From the IMG/VR virus record IMGVR_UViG_3300034061_001830, positions 1 to 26,207 of that record: a DNA stretch of 26,207 bases. One strand, 5' to 3'. Origin of the DNA: a virus (lineage: Duplodnaviria; Caudoviricetes). This document shows, in pieces, positions 1 through 7,356 of this stretch (positions within the stretch are counted from its first letter, which is position 1; the number at the start of each line of letters is the position of its first letter). Both the position numbers and the translations under genes were made by a program. The notes below the pieces were generated by a model. It was not told the origin of the DNA. It searched no databases and saw only the letters and a list, made by a program, of their open reading frames with translations.

Positions 1-1
1 G

Positions 2-169
2 CCAAAACGTATTGGACAGTCAGCGGGTAAGAACCCTGAAAAGTCAGTAAGCATTGCCTTGACTGGTAGCAAGTACAAGTCAGGTGGAGCCATGGCTCGA
101 AAGAAAAAAGGCGGAATTGTTCGTAAGCCAAAAGCTACTATCAGATACAAACGAGGCGGAGCAAAATGA
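2..169 (+). CDS. 5'-truncated small basic (Lys/Arg/Gly-rich) protein
   Basis: Frame 2 is open from the window edge: PKRIGQSAGKNPEKSVSIALTGSKYKSGGAMARKKKGGIVRKPKATIRYKRGGAK*. Its TGA (167-169) overlaps the ATG of the next ORF (ATGA). Confidence 0.7.
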   Translation, partial: PKRIGQSAGKNPEKSVSIALTGSKYKSGGAMARKKKGGIVRKPKATIRYKRGGAK

Positions 170-390
170 AAAAGAAAGAGAAGCCTGCCACCCTTAAAGC
201 TGGTGGAACTGGACACGTTGTCTACAAGAAAAAAGACAAGGTCATTGTTGACCACCTAGGCCAAAAAACAGGCAAGTACGATAAGATTAATCTAACTAAA
301 GTTGGTGGGTCAAAGACTGTCAAGCAAGGTGTAAAGGCAGTTAAAGATTGGCACAGTAAGCCAAGCAACTCCCATAAGAAGGGTAAGTAA
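166..390 (+). CDS. Small Lys-rich hypothetical protein (74 aa)
   Basis: In ORF track. GGAG upstream, ATGA overlap at the start and TAATG overlap at the end. Confidence 0.8.
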   Translation: MKKKEKPATLKAGGTGHVVYKKKDKVIVDHLGQKTGKYDKINLTKVGGSKTVKQGVKAVKDWHSKPSNSHKKGK

Positions 391-530
391 TGGCAAGCGG
401 AACTAACCCATGTTGGGATGGATACGTTCAAGTAGGGTTCAAGAACAAAGATGGTAAAAAAGTGCCAAACTGTGTTCCTGAAGGTAAAGGAAAAAACAAA
501 GTTGCTAAACCTAAGAAAGGTAAAAAATAA
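390..530 (+). CDS. Small Lys-rich protein with CWxGY...PNCVP motif (46 aa)
   Basis: Hand translation MASGTNPCWDGYVQVGFKNKDGKKVPNCVPEGKGKNKVAKPKKGKK*. TAATG overlaps at both ends. Below the ORF-track cutoff. Confidence 0.8.
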   Translation: MASGTNPCWDGYVQVGFKNKDGKKVPNCVPEGKGKNKVAKPKKGKK

Positions 531-670
531 TGTGCGCTACCTGTGGCTGTGGTAAGCCAAAAGACAAGCACGGCATGAAAACTGTAAAAGCAGCAAATAA
601 AAAGTTTGCTAAGAAGGCAGCTCCTGCAAAGGGCAAGAAGTCTTCTATGGTAAGAAAGAAAGGCATGTAA
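530..670 (+). CDS. Small Lys-rich protein with N-terminal CxxCGC motif (46 aa)
   Basis: MCATCGCGKPKDKHGMKTVKAANKKFAKKAAPAKGKKSSMVRKKGM*. AAAGG upstream and TAATG overlaps at both ends. Confidence 0.8.
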   Translation: MCATCGCGKPKDKHGMKTVKAANKKFAKKAAPAKGKKSSMVRKKGM

Positions 671-726
671 TGCCAGAGTGCAAATGCGGCAACTGCGGTT
701 GCGGAAAGAAGGACCCTAATGGCTAA
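670..726 (+). CDS. Putative 18-aa Cys-rich micropeptide
   Basis: MPECKCGNCGCGKKDPNG*. Starts in a TAATG overlap after AAAGG, ends in an ATGGCTAA overlap with the next gene, and exactly fills the gap. Confidence 0.55.
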   Translation: MPECKCGNCGCGKKDPNG

Positions 727-949
727 ACCATTTGAAAAGGGAAAGTACACAGAAGACAAAGATAAAAAGAAAGACGCCAAGATGCTCAAAAAGGCTGGTT
801 TTGATAAAGACGAAAAGGCCAAGTTTGAGAAGGCTGATAAGGCTCACGGCAAGAAGAAGAAGCCAAAGACCATGGCTGAAGATAAGAAGATTGACGCAAA
901 AATTATTAAGAAAGTAAAGAAGTCCGATAAGGACGACAAAAAGAAGTAG
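719..949 (+). CDS. Small Lys/Asp-rich highly charged protein (76 aa)
   Basis: In ORF track. AAGGA SD upstream and followed by a terminator. Confidence 0.8.
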   Translation: MAKPFEKGKYTEDKDKKKDAKMLKKAGFDKDEKAKFEKADKAHGKKKKPKTMAEDKKIDAKIIKKVKKSDKDDKKK

Positions 950-956
950 AAGCTTG

Positions 957-983
957 GGCCCCCGAAAGGGGGCCTTTTGCTTT
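957..983 (+). terminator. Rho-independent terminator
   Basis: GGCCCCC-GAAA-GGGGGCC (957-974, GNRA loop) followed by TTTTGCTTT, just after the stop at 949. Confidence 0.9.
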
Positions 984-1012
984 ATTATTGAACTGATTCC
1001 ATGCGGGAATCA
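983..1012 (+). promoter_or_regulatory. Possible -10 box (TATTAT) and 5' leader hairpin of the tail operon
   Basis: TATTAT at 983-988, then TGATTCC-ATGCG-GGAATCA, a 7-bp stem at 994-1012. A promoter is expected after the terminator. Confidence 0.35.
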
Positions 1013-1059
1013 AAGCTGTACCCCTTGCGTTCGACCCTGATACTCCATTGGAGATTGCT

Positions 1060-1224
1060 ATGTCCTATTTGTACAGAGACAAGGAAAGAAAAGTCTCGGA
1101 ACCTACTGAAGCAGATTTTGCTCGAGGGTTTGCAGATGCAGCTACTGACCGTAAGGGTATTAGTTCATTCTGGGTAGGATTAGCCATAGGGGCGTTAGCA
1201 GGTAAAGTGGTACGGCGTAAATGA
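1060..1224 (+). CDS. Small protein with C-terminal hydrophobic helix (54 aa)
   Basis: MSYLYRDKERKVSEPTEADFARGFADAATDRKGISSFWVGLAIGALAGKVVRRK*. GGAG at 1050-1053 and ATGA overlap with 1221. Confidence 0.7.
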   Translation: MSYLYRDKERKVSEPTEADFARGFADAATDRKGISSFWVGLAIGALAGKVVRRK

Positions 1225-1550
1225 CTAACAAAGAATTAATCCCAGCCCTTACCAAGTCTACTAAGACTTTAAATAAACCATTAACCCAAGCTTTGCGAAA
1301 AAACGCAATTTCTGCTGGGTGGCCTGTGGCATTAACAAAACAACTTCGTGTAGTGATTACAGATTCATCTATGGATGTTGAGTATCCAGAAAACATCTCT
1401 TCAAGAGTAGAGAATTTAGAGTACGGCGATGGGGTTACTCCTCCTAGCCCTGTGTTTAGAAAATTTGCAAAAGCAAACAAAACTAAAATTGAAAATTCTC
1501 TTGTAGATACATCTATAGAGTACCTATTTGACCAGGGGGTTCTTCCATGA
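1221..1550 (+). CDS. Putative neck/tail completion protein
   Basis: Lies upstream of the sheath gene. The LEYG...P.PVFR segment recalls HK97 gp10-like tail completion proteins. ATGA coupling on both sides. Confidence 0.5.
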   Translation: MTNKELIPALTKSTKTLNKPLTQALRKNAISAGWPVALTKQLRVVITDSSMDVEYPENISSRVENLEYGDGVTPPSPVFRKFAKANKTKIENSLVDTSIEYLFDQGVLP

Positions 1551-2158
1551 GTTTTATTATTGCTGAAGACCAAGCATTAAAAACTTTAATGCAGGGAATA
1601 GTTGTATCAGATGAAAAAAATAACACTCGCTCTGTACAAGCATGGTTCTCTAACCCTGACCCAGAATTAAGAAATCAATCGTATCCTTATGTAACAATTG
1701 AATTAATTGGCGTAGAATGGGCTAACTATAGACAAGCATCTGGTTTTTTTATTGATAACGATAGACAAGGAACTGTATCACCTTCAAGCGGAGAAGTTTT
1801 TGAATATGAAGTTCCAGCTGCTTGGGATTTGATGTATCAAATAACTAGTTATTCTCGCCACCCTCGTCACGACAGAGCAATAATTGCTCATTTATTAAAT
1901 AATGATTTTGTTGCTAACAGAGGATTTTTACCAGTGCCAAATGAGCTAGGAACTCAAACTTCCTACAGGCACATCATCCTACAAGATTTCGCTAAACGAG
2001 ACACAGTAGAAGACGGACGTCGGTTATTCCGAAACGTGTTCACTGTTCTTGTAACAAGCGAAAGTACCCCAACTAGCGGAGATTCCGTTGCTTGGGTAGA
2101 GGAAGTACTGATAAACGAAAACCCAACGAACATCCCATCCGGACTATCAGAAGTTTAA
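1547..2158 (+). CDS. Putative tail terminator/tail completion protein
   Basis: Immediately precedes the sheath. YPYVTIEL and DLMYQITSY beta-strand pattern is typical of tail terminator (gp15/Pvc16-like) proteins. Confidence 0.55.
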   Translation: MSFIIAEDQALKTLMQGIVVSDEKNNTRSVQAWFSNPDPELRNQSYPYVTIELIGVEWANYRQASGFFIDNDRQGTVSPSSGEVFEYEVPAAWDLMYQITSYSRHPRHDRAIIAHLLNNDFVANRGFLPVPNELGTQTSYRHIILQDFAKRDTVEDGRRLFRNVFTVLVTSESTPTSGDSVAWVEEVLINENPTNIPSGLSEV

Positions 2159-2198
2159 TACTCGTAACCTAATGAAACTAAACTAAGGAGAACACCTA

Positions 2199-3686
2199 AT
2201 GTCTTACCTACGTCCTGGTGTGTATGTTGAGGAAACCCTCAATCCAATACCACCATTAGCGGGGCCATCATCAACTTCGGTTGCTGCATTTATTGGCGCT
2301 GCAGATAAGGGTCCTACAGACCCAACATTGGTTACTTCGTGGACTCAGTACACTAGCCTGTACGGTTCATGGGGTACTTTAAATACATTAACAACCGCTG
2401 TTTACTTATTCTTTGCAAACGGTGGAAACCAAGCTTGGATTAAAAGAGTAACTGCTGGTGCTGCTGCTCCTGCAACACGTTCATTTGATGACCGTTCTGC
2501 AACAACAGACCCAACACTAACCATCTTTGCTAAAAACGCTGGTACTTGGGGAAATAGTGTTTACATCACAATCACTAACTCTTCACTAGCTAACCACTTT
2601 GATATAGCTGTGTTTAACGGTGGAACAACCTCAGCATTTCTTGCTGAACGTTTTACTGATTTAAACATGACAGTTGGAGATGCTCGTTATGCTCCTACTG
2701 CTATTAACAACACGTCAACTATCATTACAGCTGTAGACGCAAACTCTGCAGCAACTGGCGCAACTAGAAATCCAGGCATCGTATCACTAGAGCCACTTGC
2801 AGCAGGAGCCAACGGTACAGCAGTAACAGAATCAGATATTGCAAACGGAATGCCTGCTTTTGACACAGTAACAAGCCCATTAGTGCTTAACGCACCTGGA
2901 GTAGTTTCTTCAGCTGCTATTAACAACATCCTTTCTTATGCTGAAGGACGCGACGACGTGTTTGTTGTTATTGATGGTATGAACGACACAGTAGCAAATC
3001 AAATGACACGTGCAGCTGCGTATACAAGCTCTTCTCTTGGAGCTGTGTATTACCCTAACTTAACTATTCCAAGCAACACTTCTTCAAGCCCAGGAGCTAC
3101 AGAAACAGCTTTCTGCGGTGGAGCAATTGTTGGACAATACATCTCAACAGATGTGTCTCGTGGAGTATTCAAAGCACCAGCTGGTGTAAACAATAGAATT
3201 GCTGGAGCAGTTGCTGTTACTAAGTTGACTAACGCTAACTTAGACACAATGAACAGTGCATCTGCGCCTGTAAACGCTATTCGATTTATCCCAGGTTCAG
3301 GAATTGTAGTAATGGGTTCTCGTACTCTTAAAGCAGGATACGCAGACCGTTACGTACCAGTTCGTCGTTCCCTAATTTATCTACGCAAAGCGCTAACTGA
3401 TTTAACAACCTTTGCAGTATTTGAACCTAACGATGCAGTACTATGGCGTCGTATCACAGCTTCTCTGGAAGGTTTCCTAACTGACTACTGGTCACAAGGC
3501 GGTCTACGTGGAGCAACCCCAGCAGATGCATTCTTTGTTAAGTGCGATAGCTCAACTAACCCACTTATCAAGGTAGACAATGGAGAAGTTAATATGGAAA
3601 TTGGAGTGGCCCTCCAAAGACCAGCTGAATTCGTTGTAATCAAAATCGGTCAGTATGATGGTGGCAGCACCGTCACTGTGGCGTAA
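2199..3686 (+). CDS. Contractile tail sheath protein
   Basis: N-terminal YLRPGVYVEE, FFANGG, GVFKAPAG, YVPVRR, FEPND..LW and RPAEFVVI motifs. Strong AAGGAG SD. Confidence 0.97.
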   Translation: MSYLRPGVYVEETLNPIPPLAGPSSTSVAAFIGAADKGPTDPTLVTSWTQYTSLYGSWGTLNTLTTAVYLFFANGGNQAWIKRVTAGAAAPATRSFDDRSATTDPTLTIFAKNAGTWGNSVYITITNSSLANHFDIAVFNGGTTSAFLAERFTDLNMTVGDARYAPTAINNTSTIITAVDANSAATGATRNPGIVSLEPLAAGANGTAVTESDIANGMPAFDTVTSPLVLNAPGVVSSAAINNILSYAEGRDDVFVVIDGMNDTVANQMTRAAAYTSSSLGAVYYPNLTIPSNTSSSPGATETAFCGGAIVGQYISTDVSRGVFKAPAGVNNRIAGAVAVTKLTNANLDTMNSASAPVNAIRFIPGSGIVVMGSRTLKAGYADRYVPVRRSLIYLRKALTDLTTFAVFEPNDAVLWRRITASLEGFLTDYWSQGGLRGATPADAFFVKCDSSTNPLIKVDNGEVNMEIGVALQRPAEFVVIKIGQYDGGSTVTVA

Positions 3687-3698
3687 GGAGAATAAAAC

Positions 3699-4292
3699 AT
3701 GGCCACCAGTAATATCTCGCGCTTTTCTAAACTTGCGACAGACCCACTTCGCAGTTTTAGATTTTATGCGCAATTTACGCCTGCAGAAACTAAGGCGTAT
3801 GCAACAAAAGACTTCACTACTTTTAGTGGAGGCTTTACAAATATCTCTGGGTTATCTATTAACACACAGAGCATTGGATACCGTGAAGGTGGATACAACA
3901 CTACGTTGCACCAAGTTCCAGGTATGACAACATTTTCACCAGTTACCTTCCAAAGAGGAACACTGTTTGGAAATGACCAAGCAATCAACTGGATGCGTGG
4001 AATGTTCGCTGCAGCTTCTGGAGACGGTATCGCTGTAGGAGCAGGAACAAGTTCATTCCGTTGTGATGTTAACATCTGGGTTATGGACCATCCAGTTGCG
4101 GATAGTGGAGAAAACTCATTTAAGATGCGCTTCAAGATTCACAACGCTTGGATTTCAAGCCTAAGCTACTCAGACCTAAACGCAACAGATAACCAAATTC
4201 TATTTGAAACAATGCAACTAGTACACGAAGGTCTTTCAGTCTCCTTTACAGGAGCAACTGGAGATGTTCGTGCTGGAGATGCAAAAGGTTAA
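3699..4292 (+). CDS. Tail tube protein (T4 gp19-like family)
   Basis: DPLRSFRF, GFTNISGL, YREGG, PG...FSPVTFQRG, NAW and ETMQLVHEG motifs. Follows the sheath gene. Confidence 0.93.
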   Translation: MATSNISRFSKLATDPLRSFRFYAQFTPAETKAYATKDFTTFSGGFTNISGLSINTQSIGYREGGYNTTLHQVPGMTTFSPVTFQRGTLFGNDQAINWMRGMFAAASGDGIAVGAGTSSFRCDVNIWVMDHPVADSGENSFKMRFKIHNAWISSLSYSDLNATDNQILFETMQLVHEGLSVSFTGATGDVRAGDAKG

Positions 4293-4317
4293 ACAAACTA
4301 ACTAAGGAGAATAAATC

Positions 4318-5112
4318 GTGGCAGAACAATTAGTTACAGACCAGTCACTACTCGATAAATTGACCAAGAGTATTGAAGAGCCTGCAGTTGAAGTAAAGAC
4401 TGTACCGCCTTCAAATTCAGAGGTGACTCTTCCCGGAGGATATATCAATCGGGAAGGGTCCCTAGTCAAATATGCAGAAGTGCGTGAATTGACGGGTGTA
4501 GATGAAGAAGCTATATCTAAAGCAGGTTCTATTGGAAGAGCATTGAACGTAATGCTACAACGAGGACTTGTTAGCTTAGGTATGGAGAAAGCCAACAAAG
4601 AAGACTTGGACAGCCTGTTATCAGGTGACCGAGATGCAATTCTTGTTGGAATTCGATGCGTTACCTTTGGGTCTAAAGTTGATTTTAATATCACTTGCCC
4701 ATTTTGTAAGACAGCTCTAGACGTAACAGTGGATATAAAAGACGGCATACCAGTGCGTGAACTTGCAGACCCTATTGAAGATAGAACCTTCGTCTATCAA
4801 TCAAAATTAGGAGAAGTTCTTGTTAATTTACCTAACGGGTCAGTTCAAAGAAAACTCATGGAAAACACGGATAAAACCGTGGCAGAGTTAAACACAATGC
4901 TTCTTGCTGGATGCATTTCTACTATTAACGGAGCACCCTCTTTAGGAGCGGTTTCTGTATTAAAACTAGGAATGTCTGACAGAAGTAAAATCATTGAAGA
5001 AATTTTAACTCGTAATCCAGGACCCCGCCTCGGGGAGGTGAGTACGGCCTGTGAGGCATGTGGTGAAGATATAGCTATGCCACTGAGCCTGGCCGACTTG
5101 TTTCGTCTATAA
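4318..5112 (+). CDS. Tail assembly chaperone / T4 gp26-like baseplate hub assembly protein
   Basis: GTG start with AAGGAG. LPGG, VRELTGVDEE, L..GDRDAIL..IR..TFG and two CxxC (CPFC, CEAC). Lies between tube and tape measure. Confidence 0.8.
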   Translation: MAEQLVTDQSLLDKLTKSIEEPAVEVKTVPPSNSEVTLPGGYINREGSLVKYAEVRELTGVDEEAISKAGSIGRALNVMLQRGLVSLGMEKANKEDLDSLLSGDRDAILVGIRCVTFGSKVDFNITCPFCKTALDVTVDIKDGIPVRELADPIEDRTFVYQSKLGEVLVNLPNGSVQRKLMENTDKTVAELNTMLLAGCISTINGAPSLGAVSVLKLGMSDRSKIIEEILTRNPGPRLGEVSTACEACGEDIAMPLSLADLFRL

Positions 5113-5248
5113 AGACGCGGATTATGAGAACCTGTTAGACCAGTACGAATTTTTGACACGTTCGTTTCCAGGATGGACGTTAGAAGATATTCGTTCTTTA
5201 TCAGTTAGAGAACGATTTAATTGGATTTCAAGAGCTAAACGTAAATAG
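5102..5248 (+). CDS. gp51/gpT-like chaperone extension, probably expressed by +1 frameshift from the 4318 gene
   Basis: The +1 frame reads FVYKDADYENLLDQYEFLTRSFPGWTLEDIRSLSVRERFNWISRAKRK*, with the W-T-L-x-D-I...ER..W pattern. It has no in-frame ATG/GTG and fills the gap to the tape-measure SD. Confidence 0.7.
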   Translation, partial: FVYKDADYENLLDQYEFLTRSFPGWTLEDIRSLSVRERFNWISRAKRK

Positions 5249-5262
5249 GAGGTGATTAGCAA

Positions 5263-7356
5263 ATGAGTATTCTTAGTGGAATGAATCTTGGCGGTAGTGG
5301 GCAAGCTAAAAAAATTCAGCTAGTCACCGACCTACGTGAAGAATACAATAAATTAAATCAAGTTCTTCAAAAAACAAAAGAACTATCTGCGGACATTGCA
5401 GCTAATTTAAAAGCAGGAAAAGGAACTGGAGCTTTTGCCGTAGCAGGCGGAGGCGGACCTGGAGTTCCACAAATGCCTGGTGCTGGTTCTTTAGGAGGGT
5501 TTGTACAACCTCCTAATAGAAACCAACAAGCAGCTAATGAATCATCTAGTGGTATGAGTTTTGGTGGGGCAGTAGCTAGAGCCCTTCCATACGCTGTAGC
5601 AGGTATTGGCCTTGCTGCAACAATGTTGCCTACAAATCAACAAGCAATTGAACGTAACTTTACTGAAGCACGTTTAAATTTTGTGTCTAACGGTGGAGCT
5701 CGAGGCATGATTCGTAACGCAATGCAAACTGGAACAGGAACCTCGCCGGAAGACGCAGCCCGTGCAGCAATGATGGGCATAAGCGCTGGAATGATTCCAG
5801 GATTTGGACAAAACGATTCTTTGTCCGCAGCTGCTTCATTCTCAAATCTTGCGCCTGGCGTAGGTATACAAGGCGGTATGGCTGCTGCTATTGCTCTAAA
5901 TCAAGCACCTAGCGTAAACAAACTTCGTATGATTGGTATAAATGTACGAGGTGTCGATGGGTTTATGAGAAAACCTGAAGATATTGCTAACGATGTGTGG
6001 AAACAATTAACTAATGCAGCTGGTGGAAAGAAAATAACAAAAGACGCTATTGCTCTATCTTTGCAACCAGGTAATGCTATTTCTTCTTTTTTAAATCAAT
6101 ACTTTGGCGAATCGCCAGAACTACGTATGGCTATTGCTAATGCACTTTATGTAAAAGGGTCTGGTGCAGAATTAGATAAAGAATCATTAGAAGCAAGCGG
6201 ATTAATTCCAAAAATAGCTGTGAGCGAAGGAGAGAGAAACGCAGCATCTTCCGATGTTGTTGCCTCTGCATCTGATTATCAAATTAAAGGAATTATAGAA
6301 GCTAACACGCTTCTTACAACGGGTGCTAAAAATTTTAATAAACATGTAGACGACTTTGGTTACATTATTAAACAGTTCTCTAAAATAGAAACATTAGCGG
6401 GCGGAGGAAATAACGGACTTGGCGGGTTAATGGGTGGTATAGGTGGCTTAGTTCTTAACGGACTAACTGCTTTCCTAGGAGCTCTATTTGGCGGCGGTGG
6501 TGGAAAAGGTGGCAAGTTTAAAAGGTTTGGGTTGCCAGCTCTTTTTGCAGCAGGTGCAACGTACGGAGTAAACAAAATATTTAATACAGATATGACTGAC
6601 GAAGAGCCTGATGGTGGTCAGGGCGGTGGCGATGGCAACGAAGCCATGTATACAGCAGTTAAACCTATAAGCGGAAGCCCTAGAATAACTAGTCCTTACG
6701 GTGAAGTAAGGCATTTGGTATTTAATGGAAAGAAAAGCCCATCTTACGGAAAACCTCATGGAGGAGTAGATTACGGAGTTGCTACAGGAACTCCAGTAAT
6801 GGCTGTTAAAGATGGAATAGTACAGCCTACGGGTTATGATTCTGACGGATTTGGTAACTATGTAAAAGTGTTACATGACGATGGGTACACAAGTTATTAC
6901 GGACATTTGTCTAGCAAAGGCGTACCTGAAGGCTCCCATATAAAAGCCGGACAAGTTATTGGTTTAAGCGGAAACTCAGGTAACAGTACTGGTCCTCATC
7001 TTCACTTTGAAGTACGAAGAGGTGAGTCTAAAGTAGACCCACTCGGCTATTTAAGTGGAGCGGCTTCTTTAGACGCTAGTTCTGCTTCAAGTGTTTACGC
7101 AGCAACTTCTGCAGAAGGACTTGGAGTATCAGGCGTATCGTTGTTTGATATGAAATCAGGAACGCCTTTATTTGCAAAAAGCGGTGGAGCTGGTGGAAGT
7201 GAAATTGGTGGTGGCAGCACCCACACTAACTACGGTGGAGTAGTTGTAAACATTAACGTACCTAAAGGAACTGCAATTGACGAAAAGAAACTTGCAAGAG
7301 AAGTTAAAAACATCCTTGTTAACGAAGATTCTATTAGAATGGCGGTAAGTCGATAA
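5263..7356 (+). CDS. Tape measure protein with C-terminal M23 metallopeptidase domain
   Basis: AGGAGGT SD. Ala/Gly-rich helical N-terminal part with hydrophobic segments. M23 motifs HGGVD (6757-6771), YGHL and GPHLHFE (His at 6997 and 7003). Confidence 0.88.
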   Translation: MSILSGMNLGGSGQAKKIQLVTDLREEYNKLNQVLQKTKELSADIAANLKAGKGTGAFAVAGGGGPGVPQMPGAGSLGGFVQPPNRNQQAANESSSGMSFGGAVARALPYAVAGIGLAATMLPTNQQAIERNFTEARLNFVSNGGARGMIRNAMQTGTGTSPEDAARAAMMGISAGMIPGFGQNDSLSAAASFSNLAPGVGIQGGMAAAIALNQAPSVNKLRMIGINVRGVDGFMRKPEDIANDVWKQLTNAAGGKKITKDAIALSLQPGNAISSFLNQYFGESPELRMAIANALYVKGSGAELDKESLEASGLIPKIAVSEGERNAASSDVVASASDYQIKGIIEANTLLTTGAKNFNKHVDDFGYIIKQFSKIETLAGGGNNGLGGLMGGIGGLVLNGLTAFLGALFGGGGGKGGKFKRFGLPALFAAGATYGVNKIFNTDMTDEEPDGGQGGGDGNEAMYTAVKPISGSPRITSPYGEVRHLVFNGKKSPSYGKPHGGVDYGVATGTPVMAVKDGIVQPTGYDSDGFGNYVKVLHDDGYTSYYGHLSSKGVPEGSHIKAGQVIGLSGNSGNSTGPHLHFEVRRGESKVDPLGYLSGAASLDASSASSVYAATSAEGLGVSGVSLFDMKSGTPLFAKSGGAGGSEIGGGSTHTNYGGVVVNINVPKGTAIDEKKLAREVKNILVNEDSIRMAVSR

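Noticed and set aside
5124-5138. ATG 5124 as the start of the gp51-like gene
   Set aside because: It is in the wrong frame and gives only MRTC*.
5122-5304. Minus-strand 60-aa ORF filling the chaperone-tape measure gap
   Set aside because: The gap is better explained by the + strand gp51-like frame.
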